Below, piece after piece: positions 9,729 through 19,132 of a stretch of DNA of 64,000 bases. Within the stretch, counting starts at the first letter, position 1. Each line of letters begins with the position of its first letter. The notes beneath the pieces were generated by a model, which made no database searches, was not told the DNA's origin, and saw only the letters and a program-made list of their open reading frames with translations. This DNA comes from Phycisphaerae bacterium (lineage in GTDB: Bacteria > Planctomycetota > Phycisphaerae > SM23-33): the NCBI GenBank assembly GCA_039683615.1, contig JBDKRA010000021.1, forward strand, positions 1 to 64,000, given 5' to 3'. A program made the translations under genes and the position numbers.

Positions 9729-10895
9729 ATGAAGACCATTGGCATCGGCCTGATCGGCTGTGGCGAACGAATACGAACTCTCATGGGCGCTTTGCTCACC
9801 GGCCGCGACGGCCTGGAAATCACCGCTATCTGCGACCCCTCCGACAAAGCGGTCGGCCGCGCGCGGCAGACCTTCGCCAAGAACGCCCGCGTCTATGCCG
9901 ACTATCACGACCTGGTTGCCGACGCAGCGGTCGACTGGGTGCTGGTGGGCTCGTGGAACTGCTTTCACGCCCAGCACGTGACCGCAGCCTTCCACGCGCA
10001 CAAGCACGTCTTCTGCGAGAAGCCCCTGGCCACGACGCTCGATGACTGCCTGGCGATGCGCGACGCGTGGCTGGCCGCTGAGAAGACCTTCGTGATCGGC
10101 TACACGCTGCGCTACTCGCCGCTGTACCGCAAGATTCGCCAGCTCATCCACGGCGGGGCCATCGGCGACCTGATCAGCCTGGAGTTCAACGAGACGCTGC
10201 CCTTCGGACACGGCGGGTGGATCCACGCCGACTGGCGCCGCCACAGCCGCAACGCCGGAACGCACCTGCTGGAAAAATGCTCGCACGACGTGGACCTGGT
10301 CAACTGGTACGTCGGGGCCCTGGCGTCGCGCGTGGCGTCATTCGGCGGGTGCGACTACTTCGTGCCCAAGAACGCCTGGCACGTGCAGCGGATCGGCCCC
10401 GCGCCCGACGGCAAGCAGCCCTACGGCGACTGGTGGGAAGTCATGGGCTACGCCAAGCCGCCGGCCGACTGCTTCGGCACCGACAAGGACATCGTCGACA
10501 ACCAGGTCGCGATCATCGAGTACGCCAACCGCGTCCGGGCGACGTTCCACACCAACCTGCACTCGGGCCTGCCCGAGCGGCGGATGTACATCTGCGGCAC
10601 CGAAGGCGCCATTCGCGCCGACTCGACAGCCGGGACGCTGCAGCTCGGCCGCATCGCCTGGGGCGCGCCGGTCGAGAGCATCCCCTTTAACAACGCCGGC
10701 GAGCATGCCGGCGGCGACGCGATCCTGGCTGCCGAACTGGCCGCCACCATGCTCGAAGGCGCCCCGCCGGTAGTCTCGATGGAAGAAGCTCTCAAGGCCG
10801 CCGTCACGTGCCTGGCCGTAGACAAAGCCTTAACCAGCGGCACTGTAGTAGACGTGGCCGAGAGCTGGAAGCGCTTCGGGATGATCGCCCGGTAA
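9729..10895 (+). CDS. Gfo/Idh/MocA family NAD(P)-dependent oxidoreductase
   Basis: 388 aa. N-terminal Rossmann motif IGIGLIGCGERI; EKPLATTLDDC consensus of the family. Confidence 0.75.
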   Translation: MKTIGIGLIGCGERIRTLMGALLTGRDGLEITAICDPSDKAVGRARQTFAKNARVYADYHDLVADAAVDWVLVGSWNCFHAQHVTAAFHAHKHVFCEKPLATTLDDCLAMRDAWLAAEKTFVIGYTLRYSPLYRKIRQLIHGGAIGDLISLEFNETLPFGHGGWIHADWRRHSRNAGTHLLEKCSHDVDLVNWYVGALASRVASFGGCDYFVPKNAWHVQRIGPAPDGKQPYGDWWEVMGYAKPPADCFGTDKDIVDNQVAIIEYANRVRATFHTNLHSGLPERRMYICGTEGAIRADSTAGTLQLGRIAWGAPVESIPFNNAGEHAGGDAILAAELAATMLEGAPPVVSMEEALKAAVTCLAVDKALTSGTVVDVAESWKRFGMIAR

Positions 10896-10896
10896 G

Positions 10897-10953
10897 GATC
10901 GGGGAACGGGGAGTGCGGGATTACCGGGATTTAAGGGATTAAGAGGATTAAGA
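10897..10953. repeat. GGGATTAC..GGATTTAAGGGATTAAGAGGATTAAGA repeat element (copy 1)
   Basis: About 45 nt nearly identical (4 mismatches) to 32696-32740; both sit immediately 3' of a gene stop. Confidence 0.6.
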
Positions 10954-10974
10954 CGAAGAGGTCAAAGAAGGGGT

Positions 10975-11002
10975 GCCACGCACAGCTCCGTTGTGCGTGT
11001 CC
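10975..11002. repeat. Small stable hairpin CACGCACA-N7-TGTGCGTG (hairpin family copy 1)
   Basis: gccacgcacagctccgttgtgcgtgtcc. Same consensus at 26962-26990 and 59578-59602. Confidence 0.6.
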
Positions 11003-11172
11003 CCGACGCGCTGCCCCAGCGCGGGGGCAAGTCGAAGATCCACCGCAGCACGCCCCGCCGCCAACTATCCGGTTGCCCCGGTTCCCGTTCTTTGTCTTTC
11101 CTCCCCATTCGTGACATTCGTGTTCTCTTGGGGCAGGGAAAACTCTTTGGCATCCCGCCGCCGTTTCGTAAA

Positions 11173-14100
11173 ATGCTCCCCATGAAGGTTGATCCCCGTT
11201 ACCTCACCAGCCAGGGCCCCCAGGTTTTCACCGGGGCGGAGATGTTGCTCAAAGGCGCCCTGGAGGCCGACGGCGGCGTACACCTGCTGGGCGGTTATCC
11301 CGGCAGCCCTGTCGCCGGATTTTTCGATTCCATGGCCCTGATCAAGGACCTGCTCAACGATAACGGTATCCGCGCCGTCATCAACCACAATGAGGCCCTG
11401 GCCGCGGCCATGCTCAACGGCACGCAGCTTCTGCCGGCCCGGGCGATCATCTGCATGAAGTCCGTCGGCGTGCACGTGGCGGCCGACGCCCTGGCGCTGG
11501 GCAACATGTCCGGCGCCAATCCCGCCGGCGGCGCTATCGTCATTTACGGCGACGACCCCTGGAGCGACTCGACGCAGGTCGCCGCCGACAGCCGCTATAT
11601 CTCCAGGCACCTGTACATCCCGACCATCGAGCCGGCGACGCACCAGGAGATCAAGGACTGGGTCAACCTGTCCTTCAAGCTCTCGGCCCGCAGCGAACTG
11701 TTCGCCGGGTTCGTGCTGACGACGAACCTGGCCGACGGCGGCGGCACCGTCGAGTGCAAGCCCAACCAGTACCCCGTTACGAACATGCTCAACCCGGTCG
11801 AGCTCGAGACCGCCCGGATCGACCTGGACAAGCGCGTCCTCCTGCCGCCCAAGACCTGGTGGCAGGAAGCCACTTTCGCCGACCGCTTCACCCGCGCGCA
11901 GGCCGCCGCCCGCGACCTCAAGCTCAACCGCCTGGACTACCCCTCCGACACGCGCAAGCCTGTGGGCTTCGTCGCGACGGGGCTGGCGTATTCGTACCTC
12001 GTTCAGTCGCTGTGGGAGATGGACCTGCTGGGCGAGTTCCCGATCCTCAAGTTCGGCCTGAGCTACCCCATCGACCCGGCCATGGTGCACCTGATGGCCG
12101 AGCAGGCCCAGCGCATCGTCGTCATCGAAGAACGCCGCGGGTTCATGGAGGAGCAGATCGGCCAGATCATCCTCCGCGACCGCCAGAGCGGACAACTGCC
12201 TGCCGACCTGGAACTCTGGGGCAAGAAGTTCCCCGCGCCGCTGCAGGGCATCCCCGACACGCGCGGGCTGCACCCCTCGATCATCACCGACCGCCTGGTA
12301 GCGCTGCTGCGAAGCCTCGGCGGCGGCAAGACGACGGTGGTTTTCCCCCCCGCCGCGGCGGAAGCCATCGACCGCGAGGCCGCCACGCTGGCCTCGACCG
12401 CCCAGGCCCAGACGCCCACGATCCCCGGGCGAACGCCGACCTTCTGCCCGGGCTGCCCTCACCGCGACTCGGCCAGCCTGTGCCTGGAGATCAAGCAGCG
12501 CTTCGCCGACAAGGCGTACATGGCCCGCAAGTACAAGCGGGGCCCGATTGACATGGTCTTCCACGGCGACATCGGCTGCTACACCATGCTGATGTTCCCG
12601 CCCAACACCGACTTGATGCACAACCTCTCGGGCATGGGCCTGGGCGGCGGAACGGGCTCGGGCGCCGACCCGTTCATCACCAACAAGCAAGCCGTGTTCA
12701 TGGGCGACTCGACGTTCTTCCACTGCGGGGCCCTGGGCATCTCGCAGGCCATCAAGCTCGGACAGGACATCACCTTCGTCATCCTCGATAATTCCACCAC
12801 CGCGATGACCGGCCACCAGACCACGCCGGGGCTGGACTTCGACGTGCTGGGCAACCCCACGGCGGTGCAGGACATCGAGGACGTGGTGCGCGGGATGGCG
12901 TCGCGCACCGACATCCTGGTGGCCCGCGTCGACCCGGAAAAGCGCGACGAATATGGCGAGCTGCTGGAGCGCACGTTCATGGCCGAGGGCGTCAAGGTCC
13001 TCATCGCCACCAAGGAATGCGGGATCACCCGCATCCGCCGCCAGCGCCGCCTGCAGCGCCAGACCCGCAAGGAGCTGGGGTACCTGCCCGCCTGGCAGCA
13101 CATGAACGTCAACACCGACGTCTGCCGCTTCTGCCTGGCGTGCGCCGAACTGACGGGCTGCCCGGGGCTGCGGCACGTGCAGACCGACTACGGCCCCAAG
13201 ATCGACACCGACATCACCGCCTGCGTCGACGACGGGGCCTGTCAGCGCATCGGGGCGTGCTGGAGCTTCGAGCGCGTGATGATCCACCGCCGCAAGGCCC
13301 CGCGCACGCGCGTGCCCGAACTGAACCTCGACGACATCCCCGAGCCCGAGAAGCGCGTCGTCGGCGACCTGTGGCGCTGCTGCCTGGCCGGCGTCGGCGG
13401 CCAGGGTGTCGGCCTGAGCACGCAGATCCTCGTGCGCGCCGCCCACAAGGAAGGCTACCCCGTCCTGTTCCTGGACAAGAAGGGCCTGGCCATCCGCAAC
13501 GGCGGCGTCACCAGCCAGATCGTCTACAACGTCACCGGCCAGCCCGTCACGGCGGTCATTCCTTTCGGCAAGGCCGACCTGCTGATCGGGGTCGACGCCC
13601 TCGAGGCGGTTCGCATGCTCGAGCCGCACGGCCGCATGCGCGCGGCGTCGAAAGACCAGACCGCCGCGGTGGTCAACACGCACAAGGTGCCCACCGTGTC
13701 GGGCCTGATGGGGCGCGAGGACTACGACGTCGAGCAGATGGAGCGCACGTTGCGTGAGTGTACGCGCGACGACGATTTCATGGCCCGCGACATCTCGCGC
13801 ATCTGCGAGGAGTACCTCGGCAGCAAGCTCTTCGCCAACATCATGATGCTCGGTTTTGCGTTCCAGAAGGGCCTGATCCCCGTCTCGATGCACTCGATGG
13901 CCTGGGCGATCAAGGACACCATCAAGACCGACATCCGCCGCAATCTCTATGCCTTTAACATGGGCCGCAAGCTCGTCGAGCAACCGGACCTCTTCCAGGG
14001 CCCGCCCGTCCGCGACGACTGGTCCAGCAAGCTGGAAGAATGTTGCCGCAACACCATCCGGCGCTATCGCGGCGGCCAGCAGCTCGCCGATGAGTTTCGC

Positions 14101-15918
14101 GCTGTCGCCGCCGCCGTGCTGACGGCCGGGGCCGACCTGGGCGAAACAATCAAGCGTGACTTTGTCATCCGCCTCTACGACACGATGCGCTGGGGCGGCA
14201 TCGAATACGCTCGCCGCTACGCCGACGCGGTGCTGACGACCTACCGCCGCGACAGCGCGGCGCGGCACTTCGCCGCCACGGCAGCGGTGGTGCACAACCT
14301 CGCCGCGGCGATGCTGGTCAAGGACGCGTTCTTTATCGCGGAACTCTCGACCAGCCCAGAGAAGTATGCCCGCGACCGCCGCAAGTACAACGTCAACCCC
14401 GCCAACGGCGACTGGATCGAGTACGTCCACCTGCTGCCGATGAAGCTCAAGCTCGGTCCCTGGCAGTGGCACTGGTGCAGCGCCATGGGCGACCGCGGCA
14501 TGCGGTGGCTGCGCGGGCTCAAGTTCCTCCGCAAGCTCCTGCCCTGGCGGCACCGCACCCGAAAGCAGTTCCTGGCGAAATACGAAGCCGCCGTCGCCGC
14601 CTTCCGCAGTGAAAGCGAAGAAGATTATCGCCGCGGCCTGGAGGCGCTGGCCGGCCGCCAGTGCATGGACTGCCTCATCCCCCGCTGCCGCGACGCCGGC
14701 TGTCCGCTCGAGGCCCCCGTGCCGGTCTGGCTCAACCTGGCGTACGAGGGCAAATGGTCGGCCGCCGCCGAGGCGCTGCACGAGGCCAACAACTTCCCCG
14801 AGTTCACCTCTCGCATCTGCCCCGCGCCCTGCCAGAGCGCCTGCAAGCAAAGCCACAGCGGCGGCCCCGTGCCGGTGCGCAGCATTGAGCGGCAAGTTAT
14901 CGATAAGGCGTTTGAAAACGGCTGGGTCAAGCCTCGCAAGCTCGCTGCGCCGACGGGCAAGAAAGTCGCCATCGTCGGCAGCGGCCCCGCCGGGCTGGCC
15001 GCGGCGCAGCAACTGGCCCGCAAGGGCCACGCGGTGACCGTCTTCGAGCGCGACGACGCGCCGGGCGGGCTTCTGCGATATGGTATTCCCGACTGGCGGC
15101 TGGACAAGGCCTTGATCGACCGCCGCGTCGATCAGTTGCGCGAGGAAGGCGTCAGCTTCCGCACGTTCGTGCAGGTCGGGCACGACCTGCCCGCCAACGC
15201 CCTGCGCGATGACTTCGACGCGATCTGCCTGGCCGCCGGCGCCGCGCGCCCGCGCGACCTGCGCGTCCCCGGGCGCGACCACACCGGTATCCACTTCGCC
15301 TGGGACTTCCTCGCCCAGCAGAACCGCCGTTCAGCCGGCGTGGCCGTCGAGTCCGCAGCGGCTATCGACGCCAAAGGCAAAGTCGTCCTGGTCATCGGCG
15401 GCGGCGAAACCGGCAGCGACTGCGCCGAGACCGCCTTGGCCCAGGGTGCCGTCGCCGTGCACCAGTTTGAAATTCTCTCCCCCGCCCAGGTGCGCCGCGA
15501 CCCGCTGCACGAAGGGCCGGCCCAGGTAACCCGCCACTGGTGCACCACCACCAAGGCCATCAACGCAAACGGCCAGAGCGGCCTGGAGATCGTCGCCAAC
15601 GAAGTGCGATGGGTTCAGTCCGCCGCCGGCCGGCAGATGGTCGACGTGGCCGGCAGCGAGTTCGTCCTGCGGGCCGACATCATCCTGCTGGCGCTGGGAT
15701 ACGAAGCAATATGCGACGGCGCCATCGTCTCGCAGCTGAACCTGGCCGTCGACCCGCGCGGGCGACTGGTGGTCAATGACTTCGCTGCCTCCGCCCCGGG
15801 CGTCTTCGTCGCCGGCGACCTGGCCAGCGGCCCGTCGCTGGTGGCCAGCGCGATAGACTCCGGCCGTCAGGCCGCCAAGACAATCGACGTCTATCTCCAG
15901 AATCTGAAGAAGAATTAG
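11173..15918 (+). CDS. Fused indolepyruvate/2-oxoacid:ferredoxin oxidoreductase (IorA+IorB-like, TPP and 4Fe-4S) with a C-terminal GltD/NfnB-like NAD(P)H-dependent FAD oxidoreductase domain
   Basis: 1581 aa from the ATG at 11173. N-terminus is IOR-family (GAEMLLKGALEA...GYPGSPVAGF, CPGCPHR TPP motif, Cys-rich CRFCLACAELTGCPG ferredoxin-like segment, gamma-like GVGGQGVGLSTQIL region). The last ~450 aa carry a Cys cluster (CMDCLIPRCRDAGCP...CPAPCQSAC) followed by KVAIVGSGPAGLAAAQQLARKGHAVTVFERDDAPGGLLRYGIPDWRL and VFVAGDLASGPSLVASAI, the glutamate synthase small-subunit fold. Confidence 0.7.
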   Translation: MLPMKVDPRYLTSQGPQVFTGAEMLLKGALEADGGVHLLGGYPGSPVAGFFDSMALIKDLLNDNGIRAVINHNEALAAAMLNGTQLLPARAIICMKSVGVHVAADALALGNMSGANPAGGAIVIYGDDPWSDSTQVAADSRYISRHLYIPTIEPATHQEIKDWVNLSFKLSARSELFAGFVLTTNLADGGGTVECKPNQYPVTNMLNPVELETARIDLDKRVLLPPKTWWQEATFADRFTRAQAAARDLKLNRLDYPSDTRKPVGFVATGLAYSYLVQSLWEMDLLGEFPILKFGLSYPIDPAMVHLMAEQAQRIVVIEERRGFMEEQIGQIILRDRQSGQLPADLELWGKKFPAPLQGIPDTRGLHPSIITDRLVALLRSLGGGKTTVVFPPAAAEAIDREAATLASTAQAQTPTIPGRTPTFCPGCPHRDSASLCLEIKQRFADKAYMARKYKRGPIDMVFHGDIGCYTMLMFPPNTDLMHNLSGMGLGGGTGSGADPFITNKQAVFMGDSTFFHCGALGISQAIKLGQDITFVILDNSTTAMTGHQTTPGLDFDVLGNPTAVQDIEDVVRGMASRTDILVARVDPEKRDEYGELLERTFMAEGVKVLIATKECGITRIRRQRRLQRQTRKELGYLPAWQHMNVNTDVCRFCLACAELTGCPGLRHVQTDYGPKIDTDITACVDDGACQRIGACWSFERVMIHRRKAPRTRVPELNLDDIPEPEKRVVGDLWRCCLAGVGGQGVGLSTQILVRAAHKEGYPVLFLDKKGLAIRNGGVTSQIVYNVTGQPVTAVIPFGKADLLIGVDALEAVRMLEPHGRMRAASKDQTAAVVNTHKVPTVSGLMGREDYDVEQMERTLRECTRDDDFMARDISRICEEYLGSKLFANIMMLGFAFQKGLIPVSMHSMAWAIKDTIKTDIRRNLYAFNMGRKLVEQPDLFQGPPVRDDWSSKLEECCRNTIRRYRGGQQLADEFRAVAAAVLTAGADLGETIKRDFVIRLYDTMRWGGIEYARRYADAVLTTYRRDSAARHFAATAAVVHNLAAAMLVKDAFFIAELSTSPEKYARDRRKYNVNPANGDWIEYVHLLPMKLKLGPWQWHWCSAMGDRGMRWLRGLKFLRKLLPWRHRTRKQFLAKYEAAVAAFRSESEEDYRRGLEALAGRQCMDCLIPRCRDAGCPLEAPVPVWLNLAYEGKWSAAAEALHEANNFPEFTSRICPAPCQSACKQSHSGGPVPVRSIERQVIDKAFENGWVKPRKLAAPTGKKVAIVGSGPAGLAAAQQLARKGHAVTVFERDDAPGGLLRYGIPDWRLDKALIDRRVDQLREEGVSFRTFVQVGHDLPANALRDDFDAICLAAGAARPRDLRVPGRDHTGIHFAWDFLAQQNRRSAGVAVESAAAIDAKGKVVLVIGGGETGSDCAETALAQGAVAVHQFEILSPAQVRRDPLHEGPAQVTRHWCTTTKAINANGQSGLEIVANEVRWVQSAAGRQMVDVAGSEFVLRADIILLALGYEAICDGAIVSQLNLAVDPRGRLVVNDFAASAPGVFVAGDLASGPSLVASAIDSGRQAAKTIDVYLQNLKKN

Positions 15919-16001
15919 CTGTCAGCTTTCAGCTATCAGCTTTCAGCCAATCGGCATAGCATGTAACTGAGAGTTGATAGCTTTTTCCCAAGGAGCCGGC
16001 A

Positions 16002-16676
16002 ATGAAGACCGTCAGCATCGCCGCACTGATCCTGGTCCTGTTGGGATTGGCCGCCACGATCGGCCTGTTCGCCTTTGAAGAGGGGCTCAAGCATGCCGGG
16101 TGTAATCTCGATGTCGCCGCCCTGGGCGTGTTGGTCGTGTGCCTGGTTGCGTGCATCATGGGATTTGTCTCGCTGCGTGAACCCGCCGGCAAGGTCGCTG
16201 CTATTCTGGGCGCGCTGCTGGTGGGTTTCTTTGCGTATCAATTCCTCAGAACCGATGTCTCGCCACAAGTGTCGAAAGCCCCGCCATTGCGTGCGCCCGC
16301 ACGGGTACAACCTGTTGCCCTTGAGGAAATGACCCCGGTCTCGCGCGACGAGTCGCCGCGCAATCAGGCCCCGCCCCGCCGCCAGGTAGTGGTCGTGATG
16401 CCCAAATCGCCGCCGGGAGAAGCTCGTTTTGAAGGCTTCAACGACCTGCGCGTCATCAGCACAGGACCGGTCGGTGGGCCTGTCGACAATCAGAACTACC
16501 AGCTCTACGTCGGCGGGTACGTCGGGCCGTTCATCGGTCCCGGCGGCTGCCAATGGTCGGGGCGGCACGCCTGGCCAGGCTCCCGTGTCGGCGGCGCGTT
16601 TTACCTTCGCTATGGCACGCCGCCGCAGGACGACTCTGGCGAAAACGTCACGGTCTACGGCGCCGGCGGGGAGTGA
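16002..16676 (+). CDS. Hypothetical membrane protein (3 predicted TM helices, Pro/Gly-rich C-terminal region)
   Basis: 224-aa ORF with hydrophobic N-terminal helices. Preferred over the overlapping minus-strand ORF 15936-16568 because it runs co-directionally with the downstream nth. Confidence 0.4.
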   Translation: MKTVSIAALILVLLGLAATIGLFAFEEGLKHAGCNLDVAALGVLVVCLVACIMGFVSLREPAGKVAAILGALLVGFFAYQFLRTDVSPQVSKAPPLRAPARVQPVALEEMTPVSRDESPRNQAPPRRQVVVVMPKSPPGEARFEGFNDLRVISTGPVGGPVDNQNYQLYVGGYVGPFIGPGGCQWSGRHAWPGSRVGGAFYLRYGTPPQDDSGENVTVYGAGGE

Positions 16677-16684
16677 CGCACGCC

Positions 16685-17350
16685 ATGAAGAAAGAATCCC
16701 CCGAGCACCTTCGCAAGCGCGCCGGCAAGATCATCGGCCTGCTCAAGAAGCAGTACCCTGACGCCGCCACGCGACTGTTCCATCACTCCCCGATGGAGCT
16801 GCTGGTGGCCACGATCCTGTCCGCCCAGTGCACCGACGATCGCGTCAACATCGTCACCGATACGCTTTTCAAGAAGTACAAGACGCCGCAGGACTACGCC
16901 AACGTGCCCCAGGACGTGCTCGAGGGCCAGGTCCGCTCGACGGGCTTCTTCCGCAACAAGGCCAAGAACATCCGCCTGGCCGCGGCGAAGATCATCAGCG
17001 ACTTCGGCGGCAAGGTCCCGGCGACGATGGCTGAGCTGCTGACGCTGCCGGGCGTTGCCCGCAAAACCGCCAACTGCGTGCTGGGCAACGCGTACAAGAT
17101 CGCCGAAGGCATCACCGTCGACACGCACGTGGCGCGTCTGAGCATCCGCCTGGGATTCACCGACAAAAAGAAACCCGACGCCGTCGGCATCGAACAGGAC
17201 CTCATGGAGATCGTCCCCAAAGACGATTGGATCCTCGTCTCGCACCTGCTGATCTACCACGGCCGCGCCACCTGCACCGCCCGCAAGCCGGATTGCGCGG
17301 GGTGTATCCTCAACACGCTGTGCCCATCGGCATTTCGCGTAGACGCGTAA
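16685..17350 (+). CDS. nth: Endonuclease III (DNA glycosylase / AP lyase)
   Basis: Helix-hairpin-helix region LPGVARKTANCVL, catalytic-Lys region, C-terminal 4Fe-4S ligands CTARKPDCAGCILNTLC; internal ATG at 16685 gives 221 aa. Confidence 0.85.
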   Translation: MKKESPEHLRKRAGKIIGLLKKQYPDAATRLFHHSPMELLVATILSAQCTDDRVNIVTDTLFKKYKTPQDYANVPQDVLEGQVRSTGFFRNKAKNIRLAAAKIISDFGGKVPATMAELLTLPGVARKTANCVLGNAYKIAEGITVDTHVARLSIRLGFTDKKKPDAVGIEQDLMEIVPKDDWILVSHLLIYHGRATCTARKPDCAGCILNTLCPSAFRVDA

Positions 17351-17353
17351 CGC

Positions 17354-18946
17354 CTAGAGTTTGCGCACGACCATCACCGTCACGTCGTCGACGGCCGTCT
17401 GTAGTCCGCTGAAGCGGTGGAGCCGCCAGAAGATGTGTCGGGTGATGCCCTGGGCGTTATAGCCGGCCGCGACGGCCTCGGAGACGGCCTCCTCCACGCG
17501 TCGCAGGCCGAAGGCCTCGTCGGCGAAGTTCAGCGCCTCGGTCAGGCCGTCGGTGTAAGCCACGACCGTGTCTCCGCTTTCGAGCACAAACATCTCGTGG
17601 CCCCAGTTGGCCTGGAGGTCCACCCCCAGAACGGTCCCGCCGCTCTTGAGGTGGCAGCAGGTTCCGTCGCGCACCAGCAGGGCCGGCGGATGTCCGGCGT
17701 TGGCGTAGGTGAACTGCCCGCTCTCGACCTCGATGACGGCATAGAACAGGCTGGCGAAATCGCTGATGAGCGTGTCTTCGCAGACGTCGCGGTTGACGTT
17801 GGCCAGCACCTCGGACATGTCGTAGACGTTCGAGGCGTGGGCATGCAGATAGGCCCGCATCGTGGCCATCAGCAGCGAGGCGCGGATGCCCTTGCCCACC
17901 ACGTCGGCCACCGCCAACGCCAGGTTGTTCTGCGGCAGGGGAAAGAAATCGTAGAAGTCGCCGCCCAGCTCGAAGCACGGAACGTACGCGGCGTGGATGT
18001 CGTATCCCTCGGCCGTCGGCGGCGTCTCAGGCATCATGCGGCGCTGGACGACGGCCGCCAGCTTGATCTGGCGGTCTACCTCGGCCAGGCGCAGGGCCTC
18101 CTGGTACAGCCGCGCGTTGACGATGGCGCCGGCGGCGCTGGCGGCGATGCTGGTCAGCAGCGAGATTTCATACCAGTCGAATGCCTCCTGCCGGTGCGTG
18201 TAGACGCGGATGACGCCCTCGGGCCGACCCTGGTAGATCAGCGGCACGCACAGGAGGCTGACGATTCCCTCGCGGGCCATCTCAGCGGGGTACAGAATGC
18301 GTTCGTCGCCCTGCACGTCGGGGACATAGATCGGCTGGCGCGACGTCACCACTTCCTGGTCGAGCTTGCTTTGGGCCAGCGGCACGGGCCCCTTGGCCAG
18401 ATACTCCGGCCCCAGCCCCTCCGCCGCGGCGATCTGAAGCTCCGTGCGGTCGTCGCTGAGCAGCCGCACGGCGCAGGCCTTGATCTTCATCAGGTCCACC
18501 ACTGTCTTGGTCACCAGCGCCAGCACGCTCTTGAGGTCGCGCTTCGAGGTGAACTCGGCCGTAAGGCGGTAGATGGCCGCCAGCTCCTCCACGCGACTGC
18601 GCAGGCGTTTCTGGGCCAGGGCCAGTTGCGTGACGGTCTGGGCAGTGATTTCGGTGAACCGCGTCAGCCAGTTACGGGCGGCAGCGCTGAGCCGCGATGC
18701 GGGGCGCGGATATAGCAGCACGACGCGGGCGGCCTGCTCGCCGTCGACCATGACCGACCCTTCAAACCGCACCTGCTGCGACGTCTGGGGCGGGCGCTGG
18801 CCGGGCGTCTCGAGCAGGTCCCCCTCGCTCGAGCAGATCCAGACCTGCCCGCCGCAAGCCTCGCCATAGGCGCGCTGCACCGCTTGCACTGTCTCCAGGG
18901 ACAGATATTCGCCGACTGCAGGTTTTTTGGGGGGGTTCTCGGCCAT
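17354..18946 (-). CDS. GAF domain-containing PP2C-type Ser/Thr phosphatase (SpoIIE/RsbU family)
   Basis: 530 aa. C-terminal PP2C motifs (GDFYDFFPL, VVGKGIRASLLMATMRAYL, YTDGLTEALN); N-terminal half is GAF-like. Confidence 0.75.
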   Translation of the reverse strand: MAENPPKKPAVGEYLSLETVQAVQRAYGEACGGQVWICSSEGDLLETPGQRPPQTSQQVRFEGSVMVDGEQAARVVLLYPRPASRLSAAARNWLTRFTEITAQTVTQLALAQKRLRSRVEELAAIYRLTAEFTSKRDLKSVLALVTKTVVDLMKIKACAVRLLSDDRTELQIAAAEGLGPEYLAKGPVPLAQSKLDQEVVTSRQPIYVPDVQGDERILYPAEMAREGIVSLLCVPLIYQGRPEGVIRVYTHRQEAFDWYEISLLTSIAASAAGAIVNARLYQEALRLAEVDRQIKLAAVVQRRMMPETPPTAEGYDIHAAYVPCFELGGDFYDFFPLPQNNLALAVADVVGKGIRASLLMATMRAYLHAHASNVYDMSEVLANVNRDVCEDTLISDFASLFYAVIEVESGQFTYANAGHPPALLVRDGTCCHLKSGGTVLGVDLQANWGHEMFVLESGDTVVAYTDGLTEALNFADEAFGLRRVEEAVSEAVAAGYNAQGITRHIFWRLHRFSGLQTAVDDVTVMVVRKL

Positions 18947-19132
18947 GGATTGGTTGCCTCGGGGTTATACCACATTCTGTAACCCGCCGGAAGAGGATAC
19001 GGACCATGGGAGATGAAGGCGGTCTCTCGTATTGACCGGAATAGGTCAAAGAACCGCGCCGGGGCATTTGCGGTTGCGGCCGGAGCGGAATGCGTCTATC
19101 TTAGCGTCAGCAATGGCCTTGAAGGTAGAGGC

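Noticed and set aside
11065-15294. 1409-aa antisense ORF covering the IOR-GltD fusion gene
   Set aside because: It is Arg/Gly/Ala-rich low-complexity sequence. A long stop-free antisense frame is expected in a ~67% GC coding region, and the sense strand has clear enzyme motifs.
15936-16568. 210-aa minus-strand ORF overlapping the 16002-16676 membrane-protein ORF
   Set aside because: No motifs; the plus-strand ORF has clear TM helices and operon continuity with nth. It remains possible but less likely.
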